Below are positions 52,913 through 61,226 of a DNA stretch of 64,000 nucleotides, one piece after another; within the stretch, counting starts at the first letter, position 1; each line of letters starts with the position of its first letter. The stretch is from positions 748 to 64,747 of the forward strand of contig CAYWJH010000005.1 in the NCBI GenBank assembly GCA_964458555.1, given 5' to 3'. Under the pieces are notes generated by a model that had not been told where the DNA came from, did not search any database, and saw only the letters and a program-made list of their open reading frames with translations. The position numbers and the translations under genes were made by a program. This DNA is from an uncultured Spirochaetaceae bacterium (GTDB lineage Bacteria; Spirochaetota; Spirochaetia; DSM-27196; SLST01).

Positions 52913-52970
52913 GCCTTTGGCGCCCTGCGTTCGCGGACACCGCGCCGGTCGAGTCGCGCCGATCTGTCCC

Positions 52971-53504
52971 CTACTCGCCCTCGTAGGTGATCAGCGTGTG
53001 CACGCCGATGGGCGCAAGCCGCGACTCGTACCCGAGAAACGGCAGGCCGATCACGCTCCAGACTTCGACCACGGTGCCGCCGCTTTCGACGACGAGGTCC
53101 GCGGTAGCCCGCACCGTTCCGCCGGTGGCGACGAGGTCATCGACGACCAGCACGCGCCGACCGGTTCCCAGGTCGTCGCGGTGCACCTCCACGGTGTCGG
53201 TGCCGTACTCGAGCTCGTAGGTCTTCGACACGGTCTCGCCCGGCAGCTTTCCCGCCTTGCGGACGAGCATGAGCGGCAGCCCGAGCTCCTTCGCCGCAGG
53301 CGCCGCGAACAGGAAACCCCTGCTCTCGATCGCCGCGATCGCGTCCACGGCGGCGCCCCGGTAGCGATCGACGAGCGCGTCGAGGCATGCGGAGAACGCT
53401 CCGGGATTCATGAGCACGCTCGTGATGTCGTAGAAGAGAATCCCCTTCTTCGGGAAGTCGGGTACCTTGCGAATCGCGGCGTCCAGGTCGTAACCGTGTT
53501 CCAT
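52971..53504 (-). CDS. apt: Adenine phosphoribosyltransferase
   Basis: 177 aa. PRPP-binding motif VLVVDDLVATGGT. Confidence 0.95.
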   Translation of the reverse strand: MEHGYDLDAAIRKVPDFPKKGILFYDITSVLMNPGAFSACLDALVDRYRGAAVDAIAAIESRGFLFAAPAAKELGLPLMLVRKAGKLPGETVSKTYELEYGTDTVEVHRDDLGTGRRVLVVDDLVATGGTVRATADLVVESGGTVVEVWSVIGLPFLGYESRLAPIGVHTLITYEGE

Positions 53505-53519
53505 CGGCGCTCCGCGCGC

Positions 53520-53548
53520 AGACTACGAGGCGGGCGCGGACGTGTCAA
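53520..53548 (-). promoter_or_regulatory. Candidate sigma70 promoter for apt (TTGACA-N17-TAGTCT)
   Basis: Perfect -35 element. The -10 element keeps T1, A2 and T6. It lies only about 15 nt upstream of the ATG. Confidence 0.4.
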
Positions 53549-53553
53549 CGCCC

Positions 53554-54567
53554 TTACGGGTAGGTCGCGCGGAATCCCCGAACGCGGGAGGAGACGTCCA
53601 GATCGAACCCGTCCCGATCCCCCCGTCGCAGCAGGTGATACCCCAGGCCGGCGATCATCGCGCCGTTGTCGGTGCACAGCTCGATGGGCGGAAAACGCAC
53701 CTCGAGCTCGGCGTGCGCCTCGAGCACCGATCGCAGGTAGCTGTTCGCCGCGACCCCGCCGCCGACAACGACGCGACGGAGCCCGGTGTCTTCGACCGCG
53801 CGGAACAGCCGCTTCAACAGCGAGTCGATCGCGACGCGCTGGAAACTCGCGGCGATGTTCTCCTTCGACCTCGCCGACTCACCGTCCCAGAACTGCTCGA
53901 GCTGGTTGATCACCGCGGTCTTCAGCCCCGAGTACGACACGTCGTACCGGTGCTCGCCCTTATGCAGGTTCGCGTCGGGAAAGACGAACGCGCGGTCGTC
54001 CCCACGCTGCGCGAGGCGGTCGATCGCCACGCCACCCGGGTACCCGAGACCGTAGTGCTTCGCGACCTTGTCGAACGCCTCGCCGCACGCGTCGTCGATC
54101 GTCGTGCCCATCACGTGCATCGTGAACGGGTCCTCCGCGCGCGCGATGATCGTATGCCCGCCGGACACGAGGAGCCCGAGAAACGGGTACTCGATTTCGC
54201 CCGCGAGCTGCGGCGCGTACAGGTGCGCGAGCATGTGGTCGACCCCCACGATGGGAAGGCCGAGCCCGTAGGCGAGCCCCTTCGCGAAGGAGAGCCCCAC
54301 GACGAGCGCGCCCACGAGACCGGGGCGCGTCGTCACCGCCACCGCGTCGAGCTCCCTCGCATCGACCGCCGCCCGCTCGAGCGTCCGGCGATACACCGGC
54401 CCGATCCAGCGCGTGTGCGTCCTGCTCGCGATCTCCGGCACGACTCCCCGGTACGGGGCGTGCTCCTCGAGCTGCGTCGCGATCACCTGCCCGAGAATCG
54501 TGCGTCCGTCCTCGACGACCGCCGCCGAGCACTCGTCGCACGAGCTTTCGATCCCGAGAACCTTCAC
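53554..54567 (-). CDS. tsaD: tRNA N6-adenosine threonylcarbamoyltransferase TsaD (Kae1/Gcp)
   Basis: MKVLGIESSCDECSAAVV..., HMLAHLYAP, and the GGVAAN motif. Confidence 0.95.
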   Translation of the reverse strand: MKVLGIESSCDECSAAVVEDGRTILGQVIATQLEEHAPYRGVVPEIASRTHTRWIGPVYRRTLERAAVDARELDAVAVTTRPGLVGALVVGLSFAKGLAYGLGLPIVGVDHMLAHLYAPQLAGEIEYPFLGLLVSGGHTIIARAEDPFTMHVMGTTIDDACGEAFDKVAKHYGLGYPGGVAIDRLAQRGDDRAFVFPDANLHKGEHRYDVSYSGLKTAVINQLEQFWDGESARSKENIAASFQRVAIDSLLKRLFRAVEDTGLRRVVVGGGVAANSYLRSVLEAHAELEVRFPPIELCTDNGAMIAGLGYHLLRRGDRDGFDLDVSSRVRGFRATYP

Positions 54568-55637
54568 TCGGCGTCCCCCGCGGCCACGCGCACCGGCGAA
54601 ACCAGGCTCGAGAGGCGCGCGAACTCGTAGCCCTCGTCGACGATCACCGGGTACGTCTCCCCGAGAACCTCCGCGAGCAGCGGCACCGTCACGTGTCCGA
54701 TCATCACCACCGGCTCGCCGTGTCCGCTCAGCTCGAGCGCGTGTCCGAGCGAGCGCAGGATCTCCTCACGCGTGCGCTCGTGGTCGAGGAAGACCGCGCG
54801 CTCGGCGAACGGGATACCAACCTCCGCGGCTACGGCGCGGCCGGTAGTGGCCGCGGATGTCCGACTGTCGAGGAAGAAGAGGTCACGGTCGTGGAGCGCG
54901 CCGAGCACGACGCGCATCACCTTCTCGTTCGCGGTAGCCTTCGAGCCCATGTGATTGTTCACACCGATCGCCCCGGGGACGCTCGCGAGGTCATCGCCCA
55001 CGCGCGTCGCGATCTCCTCCTCGCTCAGGCCGGTGAGTATCGCTCCCGGGCCGGGATTAGCCCCGTTTTCGGCCTCCATGGGCAGGTGGAGCAGGACTTC
55101 CTTGTCGGCGGCCGCGGCCATCGCGGCTGCGCGCACCGAGTAGTCGAGCTGCGGAAGAACCGCGACGGCGAAGGGAAAGGGAAGGTCGAGAAACGCGTCG
55201 AATCCGTCGAGCGTATTGCCCGCGTCGTCGAGCACGAGCACGAGCGGCCCTCGCGCAGCGGGTGGCGGAGGCGAGTCGGGCACCCACCACTCGCCCTCCT
55301 CGGAGACCTCGGGCGGCGGCTCACCACCCGGCGCCCGACCGCCGGGAGCCTCGTCGTCCGGATACCCCTCGGTCACCGGCCCGTCGACCGCCTCGCCGTC
55401 GCCGGCGGGCCGCCTCTCGTCCACGGGTGGCTCGGATTCTTCGGGGGTCTCACGATCCGAGGCGTGCGCTTCGCCCGTCGTGACCTCGCCCGGCTCGGGC
55501 AGGAGCGCGACGACCACGCCGAGCAGCACGGCGATGGCGGCGAGCAGCACAATCAGGCTCGTTCGCTCGCGCGCGGTCGTCCTTCGGCGTCGGGACGAAG
55601 TCGTTCTTTTCGGCGATGGGCGACTACCGCGTTTCAC
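54564..55637 (-). CDS. Divergent polysaccharide deacetylase family protein (YibQ-like) with an N-terminal TM anchor and a Pro/Glu-rich linker
   Basis: Core LVLVLDDAGN...PFPFAVAVLP...LLHLPMEA...GVNNHMGS matches the YibQ/DUF610 pattern. Overlaps tsaD by 4 nt. Confidence 0.8.
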   Translation of the reverse strand: MKRGSRPSPKRTTSSRRRRTTARERTSLIVLLAAIAVLLGVVVALLPEPGEVTTGEAHASDRETPEESEPPVDERRPAGDGEAVDGPVTEGYPDDEAPGGRAPGGEPPPEVSEEGEWWVPDSPPPPAARGPLVLVLDDAGNTLDGFDAFLDLPFPFAVAVLPQLDYSVRAAAMAAAADKEVLLHLPMEAENGANPGPGAILTGLSEEEIATRVGDDLASVPGAIGVNNHMGSKATANEKVMRVVLGALHDRDLFFLDSRTSAATTGRAVAAEVGIPFAERAVFLDHERTREEILRSLGHALELSGHGEPVVMIGHVTVPLLAEVLGETYPVIVDEGYEFARLSSLVSPVRVAAGDAE

Positions 55638-55728
55638 GATGCCTCACGGTAGTATCATCGATCGGTCGCGGTCAACTGTTTAGGCCCGCCGCGCAACCCG
55701 GGTGAGAAGCGGGGCGCGGCCTCGCGCC

Positions 55729-56574
55729 CTACTCGTAGACGAATTCCTCTATCTCGCCGGCGTGCTGGCGCAGCTTGCGCAGCGCGCGCATCTCGATCTG
55801 GCGAACGGTCTCCGGGCTGATTCCCATCTCGTCGCTGATTCGCTTGAGGGTGTACTTCTTGCCGCCGTAGAAGGCGAACCGGTAGAGGAGGATCTTCTTC
55901 TCCTTCTCGCGAAGCCGTTCGAGGAATCGCAGCGTCTCGTCGTGCATGACCTGCTGCATCACCCCGGTGTCCGGCGCGTAGCTGTAGTCCTCGAACACGT
56001 CGTGCAGCGTGCCCGACTCGGCGTTGATGTCGCTGTCCAGCGATACCGGGCCGCTCGAGATGTTGAGGATCTGCACGACATCGTCGCTCGGCATCCCTAC
56101 CTCTTCGGCGACTTCCTCGACGCTCGGCCGCCGCATCAGCCGCTGGCTCATCGAATTGTACGCGCGCTGGATCTTCCGCAGCGCGTCTTCCTTGCGGTGC
56201 GGAAGGCGGATGCTGCGTCGCTTGTTGCTCAGCGCGCGCGTGATCGACTGCTTGATCCACCACGACGCGTACGTGGAGAAGCGCACCTTCTTGCGGTGAT
56301 CGTACTTGCTCGCCGCCTTGAGCAGACCCAGGTTTCCCTCCTGGACGAGGTCGAGCAGGCCGACGTCGTTCGAGACGTACGCCTTCGCGATCTTCACGAC
56401 GAGGCGGAGATTGGCTTCTATGAGTTGCTTGCGTGCGTCCTCGTCCCCGGCTTCGATGCGTCGCGATAGCTCGAGCTCTTCTTCGAACGACAGCAGCGGT
56501 GTCTTGCGGATCTGACTGAAATACGCCTTCAGCGCATCGTCATCCCGTACGGTCTTTGCCTTCTTTGTGGCCAT
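55729..56574 (-). CDS. Sigma-70 family alternative sigma factor, group-2-like (candidate spirochaete-type RpoS), 281 aa
   Basis: Motifs YFSQIRKTPLLSFEEELELSRRI, LLDLVQEGNLGLLKAASKYD, FSTYASWWIKQSITRAL and ISPETVRQIEMRALRKLR. It follows the flagellar rod genes and has a sigma54 promoter upstream. Confidence 0.9.
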   Translation of the reverse strand: MATKKAKTVRDDDALKAYFSQIRKTPLLSFEEELELSRRIEAGDEDARKQLIEANLRLVVKIAKAYVSNDVGLLDLVQEGNLGLLKAASKYDHRKKVRFSTYASWWIKQSITRALSNKRRSIRLPHRKEDALRKIQRAYNSMSQRLMRRPSVEEVAEEVGMPSDDVVQILNISSGPVSLDSDINAESGTLHDVFEDYSYAPDTGVMQQVMHDETLRFLERLREKEKKILLYRFAFYGGKKYTLKRISDEMGISPETVRQIEMRALRKLRQHAGEIEEFVYE

Positions 56575-56595
56575 ACGTGCTCCTGCTTCTTATAC

Positions 56596-56612
56596 AGCAA
56601 AACACGTGCCAA
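56596..56612 (-). promoter_or_regulatory. Sigma54 (RpoN) -24/-12 promoter: TTGGCACGTGTTTTGCT
   Basis: Exact match to TGGCAC-N5-TTGC (YTGGCACG-N4-TTGCW). It lies 21 nt upstream of the sigma-factor ATG. Confidence 0.75.
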
Positions 56613-56746
56613 CCAAGGGGTAGAACCGAAGGCGGTGTATCTCGTTTTCACGAATGGAATTATCAGACCGATGCGCTCCAGGCGGCGAGACGGTCCTCGA
56701 ACTGTTCACTTTTGCATACAATCGGGCCGAGGGCACGGTACCAGAA

Positions 56747-57106
56747 TCATACACCCCCGTACGCGTCGGCGGCTCGGCGCGCCGCCGCAGGGCTCACCGG
56801 AGCCGCGACCGAATCCTCGAGCTGCTCTACGATCATGTCCGCGATACCGAGGCCACCCTCCTGCGAGAGCATCCGAGCGTACTCCTCGTAGAGCATGTCC
56901 TCGAAGATATCCTGGCCCATGCCTCCGTTGAACATGTCGTCGTCGGGGTTAAGTGTATCGCGCATGCTGTCGAGCATCTGCTTCGCGAACAGCGATTCGA
57001 ACTCCTTCGCCACCGCCTCGAGCCGCGTTCGGGAATCGGCGTCCGGTAGATCGAGCGTCACCTCATTCCGGTTCCACTGCGCCATGTTCGCGGCGATCGG
57101 GTCCAT
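56747..57106 (-). CDS. Flagellar rod-binding protein (FlgJ N-terminal / Rod-binding domain only)
   Basis: 119 aa. EFESLFAKQMLDSMR is the signature of the FlgJ rod-binding domain. No muramidase domain is present. Confidence 0.8.
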   Translation of the reverse strand: MDPIAANMAQWNRNEVTLDLPDADSRTRLEAVAKEFESLFAKQMLDSMRDTLNPDDDMFNGGMGQDIFEDMLYEEYARMLSQEGGLGIADMIVEQLEDSVAAPVSPAAARRAADAYGGV

Positions 57107-57108
57107 GC

Positions 57109-57903
57109 TTACCTCTTCAGGTTGTTCGCGATCCCGAGCATCGTGTCGCTCGTCTGAATCGCCTTGGAGTTCATCTCGTACGCCCGCTGAGCGACGATCA
57201 TGTTGACCATCTCCTGCACCGCCTCGACGTTCGACATCTCGAGGAACTTGTGCAGCGTCTGACCCATCCCGTCAAAGCCGGGCTGCGCCGCGATGGGCTC
57301 GCCGGATGCCGCGGACACCTTGTAGATATTGTCGCCGATCGCCTGGAGCCCTGCGGGGTTCACGAACCGGTAGAGCTCGAGCTGGCCCACGTCGACCGGG
57401 TCTTCGAGCCCCGGCAGCCGCGTCGTGACCCGGCCGTCCTGCGAGATCGCAACCGACTCCCGGATGAACCCCTCCGGCAGGACGAGCTCCGGCATCAGCC
57501 GGTACCCCTGGCTGTTCACGAACTGCCCGTTCGAGTCGATCTTGAACGAGCCGTCGCGCGTGTAGCCGAAGCTGCCGTCGTAGAGCAGGACGCGGAAGAA
57601 ACCCTCGCCCTGGATCGCAATGTCGCTCACGTTGTTCGTGTTCTGAAGCGACCCCTGCGTGTGGATCTTTTGCGTCGCCGCGACCTTCACGCCGTGGCCC
57701 ACCTGCACGCCGACCGGACGAAGCGTCTCCTCGGTCGCGGGGGTCCCCGCCATGCGGACGGTGTGGTAGAGCAGGTCCTCAAAGTCGGGCCGGTTCTTCT
57801 TGAAGCCCGAGGTATTCACGTTGGAGAGGTTGTTCGCGATCGTGTCGATGTTGAACTGCTGCCCGATCATGCCGGACGCGGCAGTCCACAGTGATCTCAT
57901 CAT
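57109..57903 (-). CDS. flgG: Flagellar basal-body rod protein FlgG
   Basis: MMRSLWTAASGM...NNLSNVNTSGFK N-terminus and AQRAYEMNSKAIQTSD C-terminus. 264 aa. Confidence 0.93.
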   Translation of the reverse strand: MMRSLWTAASGMIGQQFNIDTIANNLSNVNTSGFKKNRPDFEDLLYHTVRMAGTPATEETLRPVGVQVGHGVKVAATQKIHTQGSLQNTNNVSDIAIQGEGFFRVLLYDGSFGYTRDGSFKIDSNGQFVNSQGYRLMPELVLPEGFIRESVAISQDGRVTTRLPGLEDPVDVGQLELYRFVNPAGLQAIGDNIYKVSAASGEPIAAQPGFDGMGQTLHKFLEMSNVEAVQEMVNMIVAQRAYEMNSKAIQTSDTMLGIANNLKR

Positions 57904-57917
57904 CTCGTCACGCTCCT

Positions 57918-58778
57918 TTACAGCGTCATCGCCCGGTTGATCAGCTGACCGGTCATCTGGTCGTGCGACTGAATCGCCTTCTGGTTGGCCTCGTAGGCGC
58001 GGTTGACCTCGATGAGCTGAACCATCTCGGTAACCGGATTCACGTTGCTCGTCTCGAGGAAGCCCTGATGGACCTTCGGCCGCTGTGATCCCATCGTAAA
58101 CGCCTCGCCGGATTCATCGGTGGTCGTCCAGAGGCTGTCGCCCTGCTTGCGGATATAGCGCGTGTTGCGCATGTCGACGATGCGCAGCCGGTCGACGCGG
58201 ACCGTATCTTCCCACTCGTTTTCGCGCATGCTCACCAGGCGCTCGGGGTCCTCGGCGAGCGCGTCGTTCTGGTAGATCACCCCGTCCTCGTCGACGACGA
58301 AATTGTTGAGCTTCAGCTGAATGGACCCGTCCTCGCCGAGGACCGGGTAGCCCTGCTTGGTGACGAGCATCCCTTCCGGCCCGATGAGGAAGCTCCCGTT
58401 GCGCGTGTAGCGCTCGCCCTGCGGCGTCTGCACGGCGAAGAAACCTTCGCCCTCGAGCGCGATGTCGAACGCGTTGTCGGTCTGCTTGAGGCTCCCCTGG
58501 CTGAAGACCGTGTAGTACTCGTTGGTCTCGACGCCGGTACCGACCTGGCCCACGACCGGCGCGACGTCGTACGAGCCGAACGGAAAGCTACGAAACGGGA
58601 TCTGCGTCTGCCCGTCGTCGCTCATCCGCCGGATGAGCAGCTCCGGAAACGCCTTCTGGATGGGCGTATCGCGCTTGTAGCCGGTCGTGTCGACGTTGGC
58701 GAGGTTATTCGACAGCGCGTCGAGTCTGTTCTGCTGAACGACCATGCCGGCGGCGCCGGTATACATGCCTCGTAGCAC
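57918..58778 (-). CDS. flgF: Flagellar basal-body rod protein FlgF (FlhO in spirochaete nomenclature)
   Basis: (M)LRGMYTGAAGM...NNLANVDTTGYK N-terminus and VNRAYEANQKAIQSHD C-terminus. GTG start after GGGAGG. Confidence 0.88.
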   Translation of the reverse strand: MLRGMYTGAAGMVVQQNRLDALSNNLANVDTTGYKRDTPIQKAFPELLIRRMSDDGQTQIPFRSFPFGSYDVAPVVGQVGTGVETNEYYTVFSQGSLKQTDNAFDIALEGEGFFAVQTPQGERYTRNGSFLIGPEGMLVTKQGYPVLGEDGSIQLKLNNFVVDEDGVIYQNDALAEDPERLVSMRENEWEDTVRVDRLRIVDMRNTRYIRKQGDSLWTTTDESGEAFTMGSQRPKVHQGFLETSNVNPVTEMVQLIEVNRAYEANQKAIQSHDQMTGQLINRAMTL

Positions 58779-58798
58779 TCGTGCCTCCCTGCTCTCAA

Positions 58799-58827
58799 GT
58801 ATCGGCGGCAGGAGGCGGGCTGATTAG
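58799..58827 (-). promoter_or_regulatory. Possible sigma28-type promoter upstream of flgF (CTAA-N17-GCCGATAC)
   Basis: The -10 element matches GCCGATAA at 7 of 8 positions. The -35 element (TAAA) is only partly matched and the spacer is 1-2 nt long. Confidence 0.3.
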
Positions 58828-58851
58828 GGTGGGTGTGCGTGTCGTGGGGAC

Positions 58852-58923
58852 AGCCAAGGGTCGGATTCGAACCGACGGCCTGCTCATTACGAGTGAGCTG
58901 CTCTACCCCTGAGCTACCTTGGC
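58852..58923 (-). tRNA. tRNA-Thr (anticodon CGT)
   Basis: Manual cloverleaf: GCCAAGG/CCTTGGC acceptor stem, anticodon loop CTCGTAA, T-loop TTCGAAT. 72 nt. Confidence 0.88.
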
Positions 58924-59426
58924 AGGGCCGACCAACGCGGTCGATCGCTCGAGAATATACCCGATTCGCGCGCGGTTGTGAAGCCTCCAGAGCCCACCTC
59001 GAGCGAGTACGGCACGAGGTCGACGAGCGCCGCGAAGAGCGCGGGCACCGCGGTCGCCGCGAAGAACCCCGCGTTCGACGTCCACGAAGCGTCGGGAAAC
59101 GCGTCGAGCTCGAGCGCGATGCCCATGCCCAGCGAGCCTGCGGCCGTCGCAAACCCGGCTCCCGCGCTCACCAGGCGCATCGTGCGCGTGAGGCGGGCGT
59201 CGTCGTTCGTCTGCGCGACGAGGAGGACGATGTTCGGAAGCGTGTGCAGCGCGACCGCCCCACCCAACACGCCGGCCTCGAGCGGGGTGTCGACACCCTG
59301 CGTTACGAGCAGGCCCACCGGCGCGATCGCCTCGGCGACCGCCACCGCGCGCAGGAACCGGTCGAGCGCCCGGGCCGGCGCCGTCGAAGCGCCGAGGATC
59401 ACGAGCACGAGCACGATCGTAGGCAT
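58914..59426 (-). CDS. Hypothetical secreted or membrane protein (~170 aa)
   Basis: Start MPTIVLVLVILGASTAPARA (signal-like). GC3 is very high for about 150 codons and then drops. The tail runs through the tRNA-Thr promoter and 10 nt into the tRNA, so the true C-terminus is doubtful. Confidence 0.45.
   Translation of the reverse strand: MPTIVLVLVILGASTAPARALDRFLRAVAVAEAIAPVGLLVTQGVDTPLEAGVLGGAVALHTLPNIVLLVAQTNDDARLTRTMRLVSAGAGFATAAGSLGMGIALELDAFPDASWTSNAGFFAATAVPALFAALVDLVPYSLEVGSGGFTTARESGIFSSDRPRWSALPR
58954..58982 (-). promoter_or_regulatory. Candidate sigma70 promoter of tRNA-Thr (TTCACA-N17-TATATT)
   Basis: Read on the minus strand, about 30 nt upstream of the tRNA 5' end. It lies inside the low-GC3 tail of the upstream ORF. 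Confidence 0.5.
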
Positions 59427-59470
59427 CCGCACGGCGCGGCGGGGTCTTGCTGCTGCCCGCACGATCCCTC

Positions 59471-60109
59471 CTACTGCTTTCGGCGGCTGTTCACGAAGCG
59501 GACGAACTCGTTGATGTTCGTGAGGACGATCCGGTCCTTCTGGACCTCGAGTCGCCGCTGGCTCACGAAGTGGTTGAGCACGTGCTTGGTCTCGTCGGTC
59601 GACAGACCCGCCCAGTGGGCGACGTCCTCCGGCGTCGTGAAGAAGACGCGCTCGTCGGATTCCTCGTCGTTGGGCTGCTCGCCGCGCAACTCGTTCAGCA
59701 TGAGGAAGACGTCGGCCACGCGCGCCTGCGTGTCTTGGAGCGTGAGGATCATGAAGCGGCGGCGCTGATCGTAGATGCGCTTGGTGAAGAGCTTCAGCAG
59801 CTTCAGCGCGATCGCCGGGTTGCCTCGCATGAGGATCTCGAAGTTCTCGCGGTTGAACTCGAGGCACTTCACCTGCTCGGCGGCGATCGCCGTCGCCGAC
59901 CGTGGCGCCTCTTCGAGAATCGCCATCTCGCCGAAGATCTCGCCCGGCTGCAGGACGTCGACCGTCTTCTCAATATCGCCCATGATCTTGGAGATCTGGA
60001 CCGTGCCCTCCTGGATCAGGTAGAACGCGTCGCCCGGCTCGTACTCGCAGAAGATAATCTCGCCCGGCTGATAGCCGACGGCGAACCGTTCAAAGGCCTC
60101 GAGGTTCAT
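59471..60109 (-). CDS. Crp/Fnr family transcriptional regulator (cNMP-binding domain plus C-terminal HTH)
   Basis: cNMP motif GEIFGEMAILEEAPRSATAIA and a C-terminal HTH region (TPEDVAHWAGLSTDETKHVLNHF). Confidence 0.85.
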   Translation of the reverse strand: MNLEAFERFAVGYQPGEIIFCEYEPGDAFYLIQEGTVQISKIMGDIEKTVDVLQPGEIFGEMAILEEAPRSATAIAAEQVKCLEFNRENFEILMRGNPAIALKLLKLFTKRIYDQRRRFMILTLQDTQARVADVFLMLNELRGEQPNDEESDERVFFTTPEDVAHWAGLSTDETKHVLNHFVSQRRLEVQKDRIVLTNINEFVRFVNSRRKQ

Positions 60110-60110
60110 C

Positions 60111-61115
60111 TCAGCCCTCCCCCGTCTTCATCGCGCGGCGGACCTTGCGCATGAGCGCCTCGCCCACGTTGGGCATGCCCGTGATCTTCTGGTAGAAGCT
60201 CTGCGCCCGCTGTGGATCGCCCTTCCGATGGTACGACTGCCCGACGTAGTAGAGCGCGTCGGGGAGCTCGGGGATCTTCGGGTAGCGTTGAATGAGGCCG
60301 GTGAAGTGCTTGATGCACGCGTCGTACTGCTGGAGGCTGAAAAAACACCGACCCATCTCGAAGAGACTCTTGATACGGTACTCTTCGTCCTCGCTGTTTT
60401 CTGCGATGTGCTTGAACGCGCGCAGCGCGTCGGTGTACTTCTGCTGGCTGAAGGTGCTGACCGCGGCGTAGAACTCCTTCGCCGCCGCCGAGAGCTGTCT
60501 GCCCTCCTCAGGCTTGTCCGCGGCGGGCGCGGAACCCGACTCGAGCCCCTGGATGTTGGGACCCTTGCCCGCCCCGTACTGCTGGAGGAACTGCTCGGCC
60601 TTCTGCGCCAACTCGTTCGCCTTCGCGTGGAAGCGCCCGGAGGGATAGTAGGTGAGATAGCGCCGGAAGGCGTAGAGCGCCTGCTCGTAGCGTTTCTTGC
60701 CCAGGTAGTGCTGCCCGATGTTGAACAGCCCCACCTCCGGGTTGACCTGCTCGTCCTCGGCGAGGAGCGTGCTCACCTTCGCGTGCATGCGGCGGAGCTG
60801 ATTGCTGAACACCTTGAGCATCTTCATGATGATGCGCGTGTTCTGGCTGACGAGTTGCTCGAACTCCGGGACGGTGAACATGATCACCGACGTATCTGAC
60901 AGGACGACCGCGTTCTCCTCGCGGGGGTACTTGCCCAGCGCGCTCTTCACGCCGAAAAACTCACCGGTTTGAATGTAGTCGTGAATCTCCTGGCCCGTCT
61001 CTATGTCGGTGGAGTTGAGGCTGACTCGCCCCGATTTGAGGATGTAGATCTTGTCGCTCACATCGCCACGGAAGTAAATGACCGAGTTGGCCTTGAAATT
61101 CATGGGACGCGGCAC
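60111..61115 (-). CDS. cNMP-binding domain protein fused to TPR repeats
   Basis: N-terminal FRGDVSDKIYILKSGRV...GEFFGVKSAL and C-terminal TPR-like repeats (YEQALYAFRRYLTYYP, YTDALRAFKHI, YDACIKHFTGLIQRYP). GTG start with GAGGAG 8 nt upstream. The stop lies 1 nt before the Crp-like ATG. Confidence 0.8.
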   Translation of the reverse strand: MPRPMNFKANSVIYFRGDVSDKIYILKSGRVSLNSTDIETGQEIHDYIQTGEFFGVKSALGKYPREENAVVLSDTSVIMFTVPEFEQLVSQNTRIIMKMLKVFSNQLRRMHAKVSTLLAEDEQVNPEVGLFNIGQHYLGKKRYEQALYAFRRYLTYYPSGRFHAKANELAQKAEQFLQQYGAGKGPNIQGLESGSAPAADKPEEGRQLSAAAKEFYAAVSTFSQQKYTDALRAFKHIAENSEDEEYRIKSLFEMGRCFFSLQQYDACIKHFTGLIQRYPKIPELPDALYYVGQSYHRKGDPQRAQSFYQKITGMPNVGEALMRKVRRAMKTGEG

Positions 61116-61154
61116 GTGGTAGACTCCTCGAGAGAACTGTAAACACTTGCCCGC

Positions 61155-61163
61155 ATTATATCA
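61155..61163 (-). promoter_or_regulatory. Extended -10 promoter (TGATATAAT) for the cNMP-binding gene pair
   Basis: Perfect TATAAT with the TGn extension on the minus strand, about 40 nt upstream of the GTG at 61115. No good -35 element. Confidence 0.45.
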
Positions 61164-61226
61164 AGAAAGTTTTGCGCGTGCCGATGTCGTGCAAACGGCG
61201 GGCGCACAGCGGTATACTGAACGGGA

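Noticed and set aside
56575-56746. Search for enhancer (UAS) inverted repeats or a terminator between the flgJ-like gene and the sigma54 promoter.
   Set aside because: I could identify no convincing inverted repeat of the TGT-N10-ACA type and no stable hairpin with a U tract by eye. Motif tools and comparative data are needed.
58978-59514. Plus-strand ORF of 178 aa between tRNA-Thr and the Crp-like gene.
   Set aside because: Its translation is Ser/Ala/Thr/Arg-rich and low in complexity. The opposite-strand ORF has a signal peptide and much better codon bias.
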